From IMG/VR virus record IMGVR_UViG_3300028597_000015: 64,000 nucleotides of DNA. One strand, given 5' to 3'. The translations under genes and the position numbers were made by a program. Source of the DNA: an uncultured virus (IMG/VR IMGVR_UViG_3300028597_000015) (taxonomy: Duplodnaviria > Heunggongvirae > Uroviricota > Caudoviricetes). Numbering within the stretch: position 1 is the stretch's first letter; every line of letters starts with the position of its first letter. A model generated the notes under the pieces. That model was not told where the DNA came from, made no database searches, and saw nothing but the letters and a program-made list of their open reading frames with translations. Shown piece by piece: positions 1 through 10,604 of this stretch.

Positions 1-113
1 CGGGTGGGAGGCCGCTCGCAGTCCGGAGCGATGGAATGGCCACCTAAATCGGGGAAATCGAACGCGCGTCCGGCCCTTTTGGGCCAGGCGCAGGCAGGAA
101 TGGAGGCGGCCGA

Positions 114-533
114 ATGACCACCCTGAATGACGGAATTGCCGCCCTGAATGCGGGCGGGAAATGGCTTTGGGACGGCGTTTCCGAGAAATTCGACCTGGAC
201 GACGCACAAAAGGCGCAATTGCTGGAAGCATGCCGGGCAAAAGACCGTTGCGACCAGCTCGATGAATTGCTCCGCGGCCACATTTCCGTGTGGTGCGAAA
301 TGGACGTGCTCGGCACTGAATTCGAATTAGTCGTGGACAAGGCGCTGGATAAAGCGAATGCGTCGGCCACGATAATGAAGCAAATGCTGGCCGCAATGCG
401 CCTTCCCGACGATGTTTCCGGGAAACGGCCGACCTATCGCGGCGCCCGGGGCGCGGTTGCGCCGAAGGTGGCCGGCGGGGCGGCCAAGCCGATGTCGGCG
501 CTGGAAAAGGCGCGGCAGGCTCGCAGTGCCTGA
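114..533 (+). CDS. Probable terminase small subunit
   Basis: 139 aa with a GGAGG RBS. Helical body and basic C-terminus (RPTYRGARG...SALEKARQAR) resemble actinophage TerS. Lies upstream of terL. Confidence 0.6.
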   Translation: MTTLNDGIAALNAGGKWLWDGVSEKFDLDDAQKAQLLEACRAKDRCDQLDELLRGHISVWCEMDVLGTEFELVVDKALDKANASATIMKQMLAAMRLPDDVSGKRPTYRGARGAVAPKVAGGAAKPMSALEKARQARSA

Positions 534-720
534 TTACGCCCGGGGCGGCGTCATCCCGGGGAACGTGAAGCCGATCGACTGGCCGCTGGCGGCCGGCGAG
601 CACGTCATCACCGCCGCCGGAAAGGTGCTCCGTTTCGACGGCCAACGCCTGATCGACACCGGTGAACGGGTCGATTTCCGGGCGGCGCTGGAACGACTGA
701 ACGAAGGGTGGAAATCATGA
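526..720 (+). CDS. Hypothetical protein
   Basis: GTG start overlaps the terS stop region, and its stop is coupled to the next ATG (ATGA). Confidence 0.5.
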   Translation: MPDYARGGVIPGNVKPIDWPLAAGEHVITAAGKVLRFDGQRLIDTGERVDFRAALERLNEGWKS

Positions 721-881
721 TCCTCGGCGGTTCCCTGTTGGTGGTCGGGCTCGCCCTGATCATCGTGGCGTTGCTCGTGGCCAGCCTGAGCAATCTGCTC
801 TGGGTCGGCGTGGCGGTGGCCATTGTCGGCGGTGTGACCGTGGTGGTCGCCCTGGCCACCCGGGGCCGGGTCGACCGGTGA
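717..881 (+). CDS. Small membrane protein (two hydrophobic segments)
   Basis: 54 aa, MILGGSLLVVGLALIIVALLVASLSNLLWVGVAVAIVGGVTVVVALATRGRVDR, read by hand. ATGA coupling. Confidence 0.6.
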   Translation: MILGGSLLVVGLALIIVALLVASLSNLLWVGVAVAIVGGVTVVVALATRGRVDR

Positions 882-986
882 TTGGCCGGGGCGCGCTCGC
901 GGCCCTGTGATCCCGCCACATGCGCGCGCTTCAGACGGGTGGCCAATCGCGCCCCGGCGTTCCGGATTTTACGTCAGGAGGGCTCG

Positions 987-1178
987 GTGACCGATGAGGA
1001 CGGCGATCAGGTCGAAATGGCCCGGATCACCATCGTCAAGACGTTCGATGACCAGGCCGACGGCGGTATGGCGGTGACCACCACGTACAGCGAGAATCTG
1101 GCGCTGATCGACGCCCTGGGCATGCTCGCGTTCGCCACCCAGATGACCGTGCGGACCTATCTGGACGACGACGAGTAG
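987..1178 (+). CDS. Hypothetical protein
   Basis: AGGAGG RBS before GTG; phage-like codon usage. Confidence 0.6.
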   Translation: MTDEDGDQVEMARITIVKTFDDQADGGMAVTTTYSENLALIDALGMLAFATQMTVRTYLDDDE

Positions 1179-1187
1179 GAGATCCCG

Positions 1188-1526
1188 ATGCCGCAATCGG
1201 TGGCGCTGAATATCTACCGGGGCGATTCGTTCGACTGGAAGTTCACGTTCTGGGCCAACACCCAGAAGACGGTCGCCTACGACCTGACCGGGGCGACCGC
1301 CGAGGCCCAGATCCGGCTGAAGCCGAACGACTCCATCCTGGCCTCCCTGGACTGCACGGTCACCCAGCCGAACACCATCGACGTCGCCCTGACCCACGAC
1401 GTCTGCGCGACCCTGCCGTCCGGCGGGGCGGTGTGGGACCTCCAGGTGACCTACCCCTCGGGGAGCGTGAAGACTCTGGTGGCCGGCGCGGTGACGGTGA
1501 CCCCCGACGTGACCGGCGAGTACTGA
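1188..1526 (+). CDS. Virion structural protein (BppU/LtfC-like beta domain)
   Basis: Pattern YRGDSF...[12 protein letters not shown]...WDLQVT...TLVAGAVTV is typical of fibre-attachment domains. AGGAG RBS. Confidence 0.6.
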   Translation: MPQSVALNIYRGDSFDWKFTFWANTQKTVAYDLTGATAEAQIRLKPNDSILASLDCTVTQPNTIDVALTHDVCATLPSGGAVWDLQVTYPSGSVKTLVAGAVTVTPDVTGEY

Positions 1527-4153
1527 TGACCGCGAGCATCGTGGTCGATGACGGCGGGCCGGTGTCGGTCGAGATCATCGAGGCCGGAGATCCGGTGGCG
1601 GTGGTGGTCAGCGACCGGTCCCCGGTGCCGACCGGCGTGGTGGTCACGGACTCCGCCCCGGTGTCGGTGACGGTGGATGGGCCGACCGCGATCAATGTCA
1701 TCGACGTCGGCCAGGGGCCGCAGGCGGTGATCGTCCGCGACGATCCGACGCCGGCCGTGATCGTGCTGGGCAGCGACGGGCTGCCGGGGCCACCCGGACC
1801 GCAGGGCGGCGACGGACCGGCCGGACCGAGCGGACCGCAGGGCAACGTCGGGCCGATGGGTGCGGACGGCCCGGCAGGACCGGCCGGAGTTGCCGGACCG
1901 GTGGGCGCCGACGGGCCGGCGGGTCCGCAGGGTCCGCTGGGTCCGCAGGGCAACACCGGACCGCAGGGCATCCCGGGAGTCCCGGGCGCCGACGGCCCCC
2001 AAGGGCCGCAGGGCGCGGATTCGACGGTGCCCGGCCCGTCTGGTCCGGCCGGGGCCGCCGGAGCGCAGGGGCCGAAGGGTGATCCTGGCGCGACCGGCTC
2101 CACCGGCCTCCAGGGGCCGCAGGGACCGCAGGGTGTTCCGGGTTCGACCGGCCCGCAGGGGCTGAAGGGCGACCCCGGCGACCCCGGCGCGACCGGCGCC
2201 ACCGGCGCCCAGGGACCGGCGGGCGCCACCGGCGCCACCGGCCCGCAGGGTCCGCAAGGGGTCCAGGGTCCGACCGGCTCCACCGGCAGCCAGGGGCCAG
2301 CGGGCGCCACCGGCGCGACCGGCCCGGGCGTGCCGGTCGGCGGCCTCGCCACTCAGGTGCTCAACAAGTCCACCACGACGGACTATGCCACCAGGTGGTC
2401 GACCGTCGACAAGACCTGGGTCGGCCTGGGCAACGTCGACAACACGTCGGATGTCACCAAGCCGATCTCGACATCGACCAAGGACTACATCAACTCGCGC
2501 GGTCCGAACCTGGTGACCAACGGGTCCGGCCTGCTGGGCAACAACACCAACTTCAGCGCGTCCTACGACTTCATCGCCAACGATCGGCCGATCGGCGCGG
2601 CGGGGTCGTTCCAGCCGAAGTCCAACGCGCCGGGCAGCGCGACCATCGATGAACTGATCGCGATCGACCCGGCCAAGTCCTACGACATGACCTTCGCCTA
2701 CCGGCAGACCGCCGGGGACGGCACCCGACGGTTCTACTCGTTCATCGCCGCGTACGACATCGACAAGCTGAGCATCCAGCCGTACTACTACATGGAGCAG
2801 GCCAACACCCGCACGACGCTCGCGGCCGACCTGAACCCGGGCGCCACGACGATCCAGCTCACCAGCGCGGCCAACTGGAACAACGCGGCCGGATCGCAGA
2901 CCTGGAACCGGTCGATCATCGCCTGGAACTACGTTGATGGGACCGGCTACACCTGGCCGCCGGGGACCTACTCCCGGAAGTACTACTCCGACATCTATGC
3001 GGACGGCGGGATCACCGGCAACGTGATCACCCTCCGGGCACCTTGGGCCGGACCGGCGATCCCGGCTGGCACAGCGGTGAGTAACGGGTCCTCCGGCGGC
3101 AGCTACATGTACGGCGTGTCAAACGCTCTCGGCCCGGCGCAGTGGACGAACTACGGGCCGTACCGGTACAGCGGTGTGCACACCGACAACTCGGTTTCGG
3201 CCACCACCGCCTTCCCGGCGGCGACGGCGTACGTGAAGGTCGGGTTCCTGCACAACTATCCGAACGGTGCGACCGACCCGACCGCGATCGCCCGGGTGGC
3301 CAACGTCAACCTGCTGTTGGTCGGCAGCGGCGAGCAGTGGATCGGCGCGGCCGGTCTGCCCGGCACGGCAACCGGTTTCATGGGCGACTGGTACCTGAAC
3401 ACCACCACCGGCGACGTGTACGAGAAGACGTCCGCCACCGCCTGGACCTGGCGGGTGCTGTTGTCCGGTCCGGCCGGTGCGGCGGGTGCGGCCGGGGCCA
3501 GGTGGTGGAATGCGGCCGGTGTTCCGGCGAACGGTACCGGTGTCGTCGGCGACTACTACCTGAATGCGACGACCGGTGATGTCTACACCAAGACCGGCAC
3601 GTCGACCTGGACGCTGAGCACCAACATCAAGGGCGCCACCGGTTCCCAGGGAATTCAGGGCGCCACCGGCGCCACCGGCTCCCAGGGCATTCAGGGCGCC
3701 ACCGGCGCCCAGGGCATTCAGGGCATTCAGGGACCACAAGGCATCCCGGGTCCGAATCCGTCCTTCGCCGGGGCACAGCTGACCAGCGCGGGCATCTCGA
3801 CGGGGCGCACAGGATGGGGGATCAGCCCCAACTCCGCCGATCCGTCCGGCAAGCTGACCATCGGGACCACCGGTATCTCGGTCGTCACCGGCGGCGTCGT
3901 CTTCGTCCAGTTCCAGCCGACCTTGAGCACCACAGGGTCCGTCGTCTTCGCCATCGTGCTCAACGACCCGAACACCGGTCAGGTCTGGGCGCAGTCCGTC
4001 TACACCCCGAGCGGACCGGGCACGAAGATTGCGGGCATGTGGGTGCTGGCCACCGGGTCGTCGCTGCATCCGGTGTTCCTCAGCTCATCGTCCGGGTCGA
4101 CCTGTTCCGGCGGGTACTTCGAGATGGTCTATCTTGGCCCCCGGGCCATTTAG
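1526..4153 (+). CDS. Collagen-like tail/head fibre protein
   Basis: Long Gly-X-Y tracts (about 1780-2330 and 3625-3755), a [10 protein letters not shown] motif, a carbohydrate-binding-like central domain and two GD(W/Y)YLNxTTGDVY repeats. TGATG coupling at 1526. Confidence 0.85.
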   Translation: MTASIVVDDGGPVSVEIIEAGDPVAVVVSDRSPVPTGVVVTDSAPVSVTVDGPTAINVIDVGQGPQAVIVRDDPTPAVIVLGSDGLPGPPGPQGGDGPAGPSGPQGNVGPMGADGPAGPAGVAGPVGADGPAGPQGPLGPQGNTGPQGIPGVPGADGPQGPQGADSTVPGPSGPAGAAGAQGPKGDPGATGSTGLQGPQGPQGVPGSTGPQGLKGDPGDPGATGATGAQGPAGATGATGPQGPQGVQGPTGSTGSQGPAGATGATGPGVPVGGLATQVLNKSTTTDYATRWSTVDKTWVGLGNVDNTSDVTKPISTSTKDYINSRGPNLVTNGSGLLGNNTNFSASYDFIANDRPIGAAGSFQPKSNAPGSATIDELIAIDPAKSYDMTFAYRQTAGDGTRRFYSFIAAYDIDKLSIQPYYYMEQANTRTTLAADLNPGATTIQLTSAANWNNAAGSQTWNRSIIAWNYVDGTGYTWPPGTYSRKYYSDIYADGGITGNVITLRAPWAGPAIPAGTAVSNGSSGGSYMYGVSNALGPAQWTNYGPYRYSGVHTDNSVSATTAFPAATAYVKVGFLHNYPNGATDPTAIARVANVNLLLVGSGEQWIGAAGLPGTATGFMGDWYLNTTTGDVYEKTSATAWTWRVLLSGPAGAAGAAGARWWNAAGVPANGTGVVGDYYLNATTGDVYTKTGTSTWTLSTNIKGATGSQGIQGATGATGSQGIQGATGAQGIQGIQGPQGIPGPNPSFAGAQLTSAGISTGRTGWGISPNSADPSGKLTIGTTGISVVTGGVVFVQFQPTLSTTGSVVFAIVLNDPNTGQVWAQSVYTPSGPGTKIAGMWVLATGSSLHPVFLSSSSGSTCSGGYFEMVYLGPRAI

Positions 4154-4168
4154 AAGGAACGGAAAAAC

Positions 4169-4423
4169 ATGTCGTACTGGGACATCTCGGAGATGTCGCG
4201 CAATACGAGCCTGACCAACCGGTTGCAGGCCGCCGCCGCACAGGAGCTGCCCGGCGATCCGTACGAATGGGTCAAGAGCAACGTCCTTCGGTTGGCTGCC
4301 CAGCCGGGGTGGGCGGATGCGTGGGCATATGCCGTCGCCGGTGGCAACCCGGACCCCGGGCGGGACCCGGCCGTGATCACCGACGGCATGATCCTGTCGG
4401 CGGTCCAGGCCATCGGGGCGTGA
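4169..4423 (+). CDS. Small fibre-associated protein
   Basis: 84 aa; ITDGMILSAVQA C-terminal motif; follows the fibre gene. Confidence 0.7.
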   Translation: MSYWDISEMSRNTSLTNRLQAAAAQELPGDPYEWVKSNVLRLAAQPGWADAWAYAVAGGNPDPGRDPAVITDGMILSAVQAIGA

Positions 4424-4438
4424 CGTAATGGGGGAGGC

Positions 4439-4729
4439 ATGACCTATCTGGATCAGGCGAACCTGGCCGACGACACCGTATTCCGCCGCCGGCTGTCGGC
4501 GGCGCTGGTCAGCGAGTCGGTTCTGAAGTCCGGCGATTTCGTCGCCGATTCCGTCCTCCGGAGTCCGACGAACGGCGCGAACATGTTCATGCCGTTGATC
4601 GCCGCCGCTCCGGGGTTCGGCGGTGCCTATGCGGCGGGTGGCCAGGAGTCGATCAACGACAACCAGATCCTGGCCGCGATGCAAGCCAACTGGGCGCGGG
4701 TGACCGCTCTGTACGAGCCGTCGCCCTGA
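4439..4729 (+). CDS. Small fibre-associated protein (probable paralog of 4169..4423)
   Basis: 96 aa; INDNQILAAMQA motif resembles the previous gene; GGAGG RBS. Confidence 0.7.
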   Translation: MTYLDQANLADDTVFRRRLSAALVSESVLKSGDFVADSVLRSPTNGANMFMPLIAAAPGFGGAYAAGGQESINDNQILAAMQANWARVTALYEPSP

Positions 4730-4757
4730 CATCGGTTGACCCAGGGGGTGATTCGTC

Positions 4758-6350
4758 ATGCCCTGGGCCGGACCACTGTTCGACGGCCATGTCTGCTCGG
4801 TCGGCTACGAGGTCGTGGACGCCATCGAGGCGTTCATGTGCCACGGTGAGGGCGACGTACAGGGCCAGAACGCCGAGGTCGACTCGGAGATGCGCGACCA
4901 CATCGTGGAGTGCTACCGGATCGATCCGCACAACGGCCGGCGGATCTATAACGAGGCGGTGCTCAGCCGACCGAAGGGCCGGGCCAAGAGCGAGATCGCC
5001 GCCTGGGTCGCGGTGGCCGAGGCGTTCCTGCCCTGCCGGTTCGACGGGTGGAACGCGGACGGTCAGCCGGTCGCCCGGCCGGTGCGCTCGCCGCTGATCA
5101 AGTGCCTGGCGACCGAGGAGAAACAGGTCGGGAACACGTTCAAGACGGTGGCCTACATCGCCGGGGACTGGGGCCGGGACAACCACCCCGAGGTCTACGG
5201 CGGCTCCAGTGGCATCCGCAAGTACCAGAGCGCCACCGCGATCTACCTGGACCACGGCGGCGAGGTCCGGGCCTGTACCTCGGGTTCGGCCAGCAAGGAC
5301 GGCGGCCTGGAGACGCATGTCGTGGTGGACGAGAGCCACCTGTACGTGCTCCGCGAGCTGAAGGACATGTACGCCACCATCGCCCGGAACATGGGCAAGC
5401 GGTACGACGCCGACCCCTGGCTGCACCAGACCAGCACCGCCTACCGGCCGGGTGAGAACTCGGTGTTCGAAACCACTCTCACCATGTGGCGCAAGGGCGA
5501 GCTGGGCGACCAGGTTTTCATCAACCACCGCCAGGCCGACGGCCGGGTGAACATCCAGGACACCGCGCACACCAAGCGGCAACTGATCTACGTGTACGGC
5601 GCCGCCGCCGGCCGGATCGACATGGACCGCAAGATCCGCGACATGCGCGATCCGCGCATCTGTCCGGACGAGGCCACCGCCGCCCGGTATTTCCTCAACC
5701 GCCCGATGTCCGGCAAGGACGCCTGGATTCCCGATGCCATCGTGGAACGCCAGGTGCGGCGCGAGGAGGTCAAGCCGGGGGAGTGGATCTCGCTCGGATT
5801 CGACGGCTCGCTGTCCGACGACTCGACGGTCCTGATGGGCTGCCGGATGTCGGACGGCTACCTGTTCCCGATCGGGATCTGGGCGAAACCGCCCGGCCTG
5901 GAGGGCAACTGGTGGGAGGTCCCGCGCAACGACGTGCTGGCCACCATCCGCGAGGCGTTCTCCCGGTACCAGGTGGCCCGAGGCTACTTCGACCCGCACG
6001 AGTGGCGCAGTGACATCAACAACCTCCAGGACGAGTACGGCGAGCGGGTCATCCCGTGGGCCACCAGTCGGGACGTCGCCATGGGCGGCGCCCTGGACCG
6101 GCTGCGTTCCGATCTGATCAACGGCACGGCATGGCATTCCGGCGACAAGGTGGTCATGGAACACCTGCGGAACACCTACGTGCGCGTGAAAGGCCCCCTG
6201 CGCCTGGTGCGCAAGGAACACCCCGGCTCCGATCGCAAGATCGACTCCACGGTCGCCATGGCGCTGGGTTACGAGGCCCGCGCCGATGCGATCACGGCCG
6301 GGTGGACCCCCGAGCCCGAGGACCGCCGGGTCATCATCTTCCGACGGTAG
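4758..6350 (+). CDS. terL: Terminase large subunit
   Basis: Walker A-like SRPKGRAKS, Walker B VVVDESH, nuclease motifs LGFDGS...DSTVL and KIDSTVA. Confidence 0.95.
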   Translation: MPWAGPLFDGHVCSVGYEVVDAIEAFMCHGEGDVQGQNAEVDSEMRDHIVECYRIDPHNGRRIYNEAVLSRPKGRAKSEIAAWVAVAEAFLPCRFDGWNADGQPVARPVRSPLIKCLATEEKQVGNTFKTVAYIAGDWGRDNHPEVYGGSSGIRKYQSATAIYLDHGGEVRACTSGSASKDGGLETHVVVDESHLYVLRELKDMYATIARNMGKRYDADPWLHQTSTAYRPGENSVFETTLTMWRKGELGDQVFINHRQADGRVNIQDTAHTKRQLIYVYGAAAGRIDMDRKIRDMRDPRICPDEATAARYFLNRPMSGKDAWIPDAIVERQVRREEVKPGEWISLGFDGSLSDDSTVLMGCRMSDGYLFPIGIWAKPPGLEGNWWEVPRNDVLATIREAFSRYQVARGYFDPHEWRSDINNLQDEYGERVIPWATSRDVAMGGALDRLRSDLINGTAWHSGDKVVMEHLRNTYVRVKGPLRLVRKEHPGSDRKIDSTVAMALGYEARADAITAGWTPEPEDRRVIIFRR

Positions 6351-6359
6351 GAGGACTGG

Positions 6360-7847
6360 GTGTTGGACCGCCTGGACACCGACAACGCCGCGCTGATCCA
6401 GAAGTTGGAAATCCAACTCGATCGTGCGCAGACCCTGATCGACAAGTACGAGGCGTATTACGAGGGCGAACAGCGGCTGGAGCAGTTGGGCCTGGCCATC
6501 CCGCCGGAACTCCGGCGGTTCGTGGTCATCGTCAACTGGCCCCGGGTGGCCGTCGATGCCGTGGAGGAACGTCTGGAGCGCACCGGATTCCAGCTTCCCG
6601 GTCAGCGGGCGGCGGACCCCGGCCTGTGGGATCTGTGGCTGTACAACGGGTTGGACGAACTGGCCGTGATGGGCGACCGCGACGCGCTGAAGCTGGCGCG
6701 CAGCTACCGCATCATCGGGTCGAACGACGACGATGAGGAGTTCCCACGAATCACCATCGAGTCGCCGCGCGAGGTCACCGTCCTACGAGATCCGAAGACG
6801 CTGGATGTGGTCGCCGCCCTGAAGCGGTACGACGTCGAGAACGGTCGGGCCACCAGTGCCACCCTGTACCTGCCCGACGAGACGATCTGGCTGGACGGTC
6901 AGCGCGGCGGCTGGGAGGTCGTCGAGCGTGACCGGCACGGGATGGACGCGGTTCCCGTGGTCCCGCAGGTCAATCGCCCACGGATCGGCATTCCCAAGGA
7001 CGGTCGACCGCTGGGCACGTCCGAGATGGTCGACGTCATCCCGGTCACGGATGCGGCGGCGCGGAACCTGACCAACGCGCAGGTCGCCCAGGAGACCCAC
7101 GCCGTCCCGCAGCGGGCGGTCAGCGGGGCCAAGGCGTCCGACTTCGTGGACACTGAGGGGAACATGCTCCCGGTCTGGGAGACCTACTTCGGGGCTGTCT
7201 GGGCGCTGACCAACGAGAACGCCAAGCCGTTCCAGTTCGCCGCGTCCGACATGGTCAACTTCGAGCGGATGCAGGACATGTACGCCCGGCAGGCCAGCGC
7301 GATGAGCGCGACCCCGCCGAACTACTTCGGCCTGGCGGCGGACGACGCGGCCAGCGCCGACGCCATCCGGGCTCGGGATGCCCGGCTCAACCGCAAGTGC
7401 GAGCGGCGCATCCAGACCTTCAGCGGCGTCGACAAGCGGACCCTGTACATCGCCGAGCGCATCCGCACCGGCGACTGGAACAAGGACATCCTGCGGATGC
7501 GGTCCCTGTGGGACGACCCGAGCACGCCGACGTTCGCTCAGAAGGCGGACGCGGCCACCAAGCTCGCCGGGGGCAAGCCGATCATCCCGGTCGAGCAGGC
7601 CCGCCGGGATCTCGGCTACACGCCGCAGGAGATCGCCGACATGATCGAGATGGACAAGCGCGCCGCCTCGCTCGCCCTGGAGGCCATGCAGAAGGCCATG
7701 AGCCTGAACCAGGACCAGGGGGCGATCGATGACGGCACCGACAACTCCGGGCAGCTTGCTGACAAGCCCCCTGTCGTCCCCGGTCAGCCAGGAGCAGGCC
7801 GACCGGTTCCTCGCCGTGGCCGCCCTGGACCTGTGGGCCAGCAGTGA
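6360..7847 (+). CDS. Portal protein (SPP1 gp6-like)
   Basis: YYEGEQ, VNWPRVAVDAVEERL, PPNYFG...ASADAIRA motifs; follows terL. Confidence 0.93.
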   Translation: MLDRLDTDNAALIQKLEIQLDRAQTLIDKYEAYYEGEQRLEQLGLAIPPELRRFVVIVNWPRVAVDAVEERLERTGFQLPGQRAADPGLWDLWLYNGLDELAVMGDRDALKLARSYRIIGSNDDDEEFPRITIESPREVTVLRDPKTLDVVAALKRYDVENGRATSATLYLPDETIWLDGQRGGWEVVERDRHGMDAVPVVPQVNRPRIGIPKDGRPLGTSEMVDVIPVTDAAARNLTNAQVAQETHAVPQRAVSGAKASDFVDTEGNMLPVWETYFGAVWALTNENAKPFQFAASDMVNFERMQDMYARQASAMSATPPNYFGLAADDAASADAIRARDARLNRKCERRIQTFSGVDKRTLYIAERIRTGDWNKDILRMRSLWDDPSTPTFAQKADAATKLAGGKPIIPVEQARRDLGYTPQEIADMIEMDKRAASLALEAMQKAMSLNQDQGAIDDGTDNSGQLADKPPVVPGQPGAGRPVPRRGRPGPVGQQ

Positions 7848-8727
7848 GATAACGGCCCTGATGCTGGATCTGACGATCACCGATCTCCAGATTCAGTACG
7901 TCAGCGACGTGTTGCCAGCGGCCTGGGCGACACTGACCACCGCGCAGCGCCGAGCCGCCGGCATCGGCGCCGACTACGTCGATGCGGTGGGCGACGCCGA
8001 GGACATCCCTCCGGGTCCTCGGCTCAGCACCACCGCGCTGTCCGGTGTCGCCAGTGACGGCCGGGACCTGGAGTCCCTGCTGTTCCAGCCTCTGATCAAG
8101 ATGCTGGTCGAGGAAGCGGCGGGGTCGCCGTTCCCGGACGTCCTGGCGACCGGCCGGAACTCGATGAACCTGATCACCACCACCCAGATCCACGACGCCG
8201 CCCGGGTGGCCGAGGGCACCAAGATCGCCGCGAACAAACGCTGGAAGGGCTACGTCCGGATGGTGGAGCCGTCGGCGTGCTCGCGGTGCATCATCCTGGC
8301 CGGCCGCACGTACTCGTGGAACACCGGGTTCCTCCGGCATCCCCGCTGCCGGTGTACCCACATCCCGTCCAGCATCGCCCGGCCGGACTCAGCCAGCCCG
8401 CGCGAGCTGTTCGACCAGATGTCCCGGTCCGAACAGGACCGGGCATTCACCGCCGAGGGCGCCGAGGCCATCCGGCTGGGCGCCGACCCGGCGCGGGTGG
8501 TCAACGCCCGGGCCGGGATGAACACCACCCAGACCGCCTCCGGTCGACAGGTCAAACAGGCCATCGACTACCGGGGGCAGAAGGGCATCTACATCACCCG
8601 CGCGGGCACCGGCATCAAGCGCCAGCGCGGTGAGGTCCGGCTGATGCCGGAATCGATCCTGCGGTTCGCCGCCGGAAACCGGGATGAGGCCATCCGCCTA
8701 CTGCGGCTGCACGGCTACATCCTCTGA
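7729..8727 (+). CDS. MuF-like head morphogenesis / capsid maturation protein
   Basis: CSRCIILAGR...FLRHPRCRC motif, and RLMPESI...AIRLLRLHGYI C-terminus. Confidence 0.85.
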   Translation: MTAPTTPGSLLTSPLSSPVSQEQADRFLAVAALDLWASSEITALMLDLTITDLQIQYVSDVLPAAWATLTTAQRRAAGIGADYVDAVGDAEDIPPGPRLSTTALSGVASDGRDLESLLFQPLIKMLVEEAAGSPFPDVLATGRNSMNLITTTQIHDAARVAEGTKIAANKRWKGYVRMVEPSACSRCIILAGRTYSWNTGFLRHPRCRCTHIPSSIARPDSASPRELFDQMSRSEQDRAFTAEGAEAIRLGADPARVVNARAGMNTTQTASGRQVKQAIDYRGQKGIYITRAGTGIKRQRGEVRLMPESILRFAAGNRDEAIRLLRLHGYIL

Positions 8728-8741
8728 CGGGAGAGACTGAG

Positions 8742-9332
8742 TTGAAAGCCGCCGTAGCTGTTGTCGTCTACATCGCCGCCATCGTCGCGGCCAACGTGCT
8801 GACCCAGCGATTCGGACTGGTGCCCGTCGGGTTCGGCCTGGTGGCCACCGCCGGTACCTACGCCGCCGGGTTCGCCCTGCTGGCCCGGGATTTCGTGCAC
8901 CGGTACGCCGGGGTGTGGTGGGTGCTGGGCGGCATCGTCATCGGGATCGCCCTGTCCTGGTGGCTGGCGTCGCCGGCTCTCGCCCTGGCCAGCGCCGCCG
9001 CGTTCGGTATCGCCGAGCTGGCCGATCTCGGGGTGTTCGTGCTGGCCAGGCCGCGCGGGTTCATCACCGCCGCCGCCACGTCGAACGTGGTCAGCGCGCC
9101 GCTGGACACGGTGGTGTTCCTGGCCATCGCCGGCTTCCCGCTGACCTGGGACGTGATCGCCGGACAACTGGTCTGCAAGTTGCTCTGGGCGACCGCCGTT
9201 CCTCTGGCCGTCTACTGGGTGGTGTCGCGTGCGGTACTTCGCCAATCCGAGCACGGCCAAGATCCGCGCGGCGATGCAGGCGGGTCTGCTCGGGTGCATC
9301 ACCCAGCCCGGCCAGCGGAACCCGCTGCCTAG
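8742..9332 (+). CDS. VUT/YhhQ-family queuosine-precursor (preQ0/preQ1) transporter
   Basis: Multi-TM protein with IVAANV, AGT...LARD, ALASAAAF..AELAD and SNVVSAPLDTVVFL..AG motifs characteristic of the VUT family. Confidence 0.85.
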   Translation: MKAAVAVVVYIAAIVAANVLTQRFGLVPVGFGLVATAGTYAAGFALLARDFVHRYAGVWWVLGGIVIGIALSWWLASPALALASAAAFGIAELADLGVFVLARPRGFITAAATSNVVSAPLDTVVFLAIAGFPLTWDVIAGQLVCKLLWATAVPLAVYWVVSRAVLRQSEHGQDPRGDAGGSARVHHPARPAEPAA

Positions 9333-9825
9333 CGGGGTCCGGTACTGCTGCGACAACGGGGTGTTCGGTGCCTACCTCGGCGACGCGAAATGGTGGGAGT
9401 GGTTGTCGAGCCGCCCGGACAAGGACCGGTGCGAGTTCGCGGTCGCTCCCGACGTCGTCGGCGATGCGGCGGCCACCCTGGCTCGCTCTCGGCCGTGGTT
9501 GCCCCGCATCAGGTCGCTGGGCATCCCGGCGGCATTCGTCGCCCAGGACGGCCAGGAGAACCTGCCCGTCCCGTGGGGCGAGTTCGATGTCCTGTTCATC
9601 GGCGGCACCACCGAATTCAAGCTCGGGGTCGGCGCGCGGGCGCTGATCGGTGAGGCGGTGGTGCGCGGCATCCCCGTGCACATGGGCCGAGTCAACTCGC
9701 GCAAGCGATTGGCGTACGCCTTCACCGCCGGGTGCGCGTCGGTCGACGGCACCTACCTGAAGTTCGGGCCGGATCTGAACCTGCCCAAACTGCTCCGCTG
9801 GATTGACGAGATCCACGCGGCCTGA
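9229..9825 (+). CDS. TGT/DpdA-like transglycosylase (TIM barrel), putative deazaguanine-inserting enzyme
   Basis: Ordered motifs DNGVF, PDVVGD, AQDG, FIGG, VHMGR and SVDGT parallel the TGT-family DSGG, D, QGG, IGG, HLG and D motifs. Overlaps the VUT gene. Confidence 0.65.
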   Translation: MRYFANPSTAKIRAAMQAGLLGCITQPGQRNPLPSGVRYCCDNGVFGAYLGDAKWWEWLSSRPDKDRCEFAVAPDVVGDAAATLARSRPWLPRIRSLGIPAAFVAQDGQENLPVPWGEFDVLFIGGTTEFKLGVGARALIGEAVVRGIPVHMGRVNSRKRLAYAFTAGCASVDGTYLKFGPDLNLPKLLRWIDEIHAA

Positions 9826-9896
9826 CACCAACGCGGACGACCGGCGTTCAACTGGTCGGAGTGGCCGACGGGCCGAAAACGGTTGAAGGGAAACCC

Positions 9897-10592
9897 ATGT
9901 TCACGCACACCCACCCCGTGCTCATCGACCCCGCAAGCGGTGCACCCTTGCGGGCGATCGGATTCCGGCTTGACGGCCGACCGATCTGGCCCGTACTCGG
10001 GGCCGCCGAGGACGGCGGGGACACCGGTGGTACCGGTGACGGCGCGAATCAGGGCGGCGGCACCGGCGACGGTGGAGCCGAGAAGTCATTCACGCAGGCC
10101 GATGTCGACAAGCTCATCGGTCAGCGGCTGGCGCGCGAGACCAGCAAGTACGCCGACTACGACACGTACAGGCAATCGCACGTCGAACTGGAACAACTGA
10201 AGGCGGCGAACGCCTCCGAGTTGGACAAGGCGAAGCGCGAGGCGAAAGCCGAGGGCATCGCGGAAGTAACGACCAAGGTGAACGGCCGGCTGATCGCCTC
10301 CGAGGCGCGAGCCCTGGCCAGTGCCCTGGATTTCCACAACCCGGCCGACGTGGTCGGGCTGGTCGACCTGAGCACCATCCGGGTCAACAACGACGGGGAG
10401 GTCGACTCGGAGGCCATCAAGGCTCTGATCGCCGCCCTGGCCAAGGAACGGCCCTACCTCATCAAGGGACCCAAGGAAGATCCGAAGCCCGGCAAGCCGA
10501 AGCCGGATCACTCGCAGGGACCCCGAGGCGGCGGAACCGGCACGACGGCGGACCAATTCGCCGCCGCACTTACCCCCATTCTCTCCCCGTAA
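9897..10592 (+). CDS. Capsid scaffolding protein
   Basis: FTQADVDKLIGQRLARE, KYADYD and coiled coil; located before the MCP. ATG at 9897 has a GAAGGG RBS (GTG at 9861 is an alternative). Confidence 0.85.
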   Translation: MFTHTHPVLIDPASGAPLRAIGFRLDGRPIWPVLGAAEDGGDTGGTGDGANQGGGTGDGGAEKSFTQADVDKLIGQRLARETSKYADYDTYRQSHVELEQLKAANASELDKAKREAKAEGIAEVTTKVNGRLIASEARALASALDFHNPADVVGLVDLSTIRVNNDGEVDSEAIKALIAALAKERPYLIKGPKEDPKPGKPKPDHSQGPRGGGTGTTADQFAAALTPILSP

Positions 10593-10604
10593 AGGAGTTC
10601 CACC

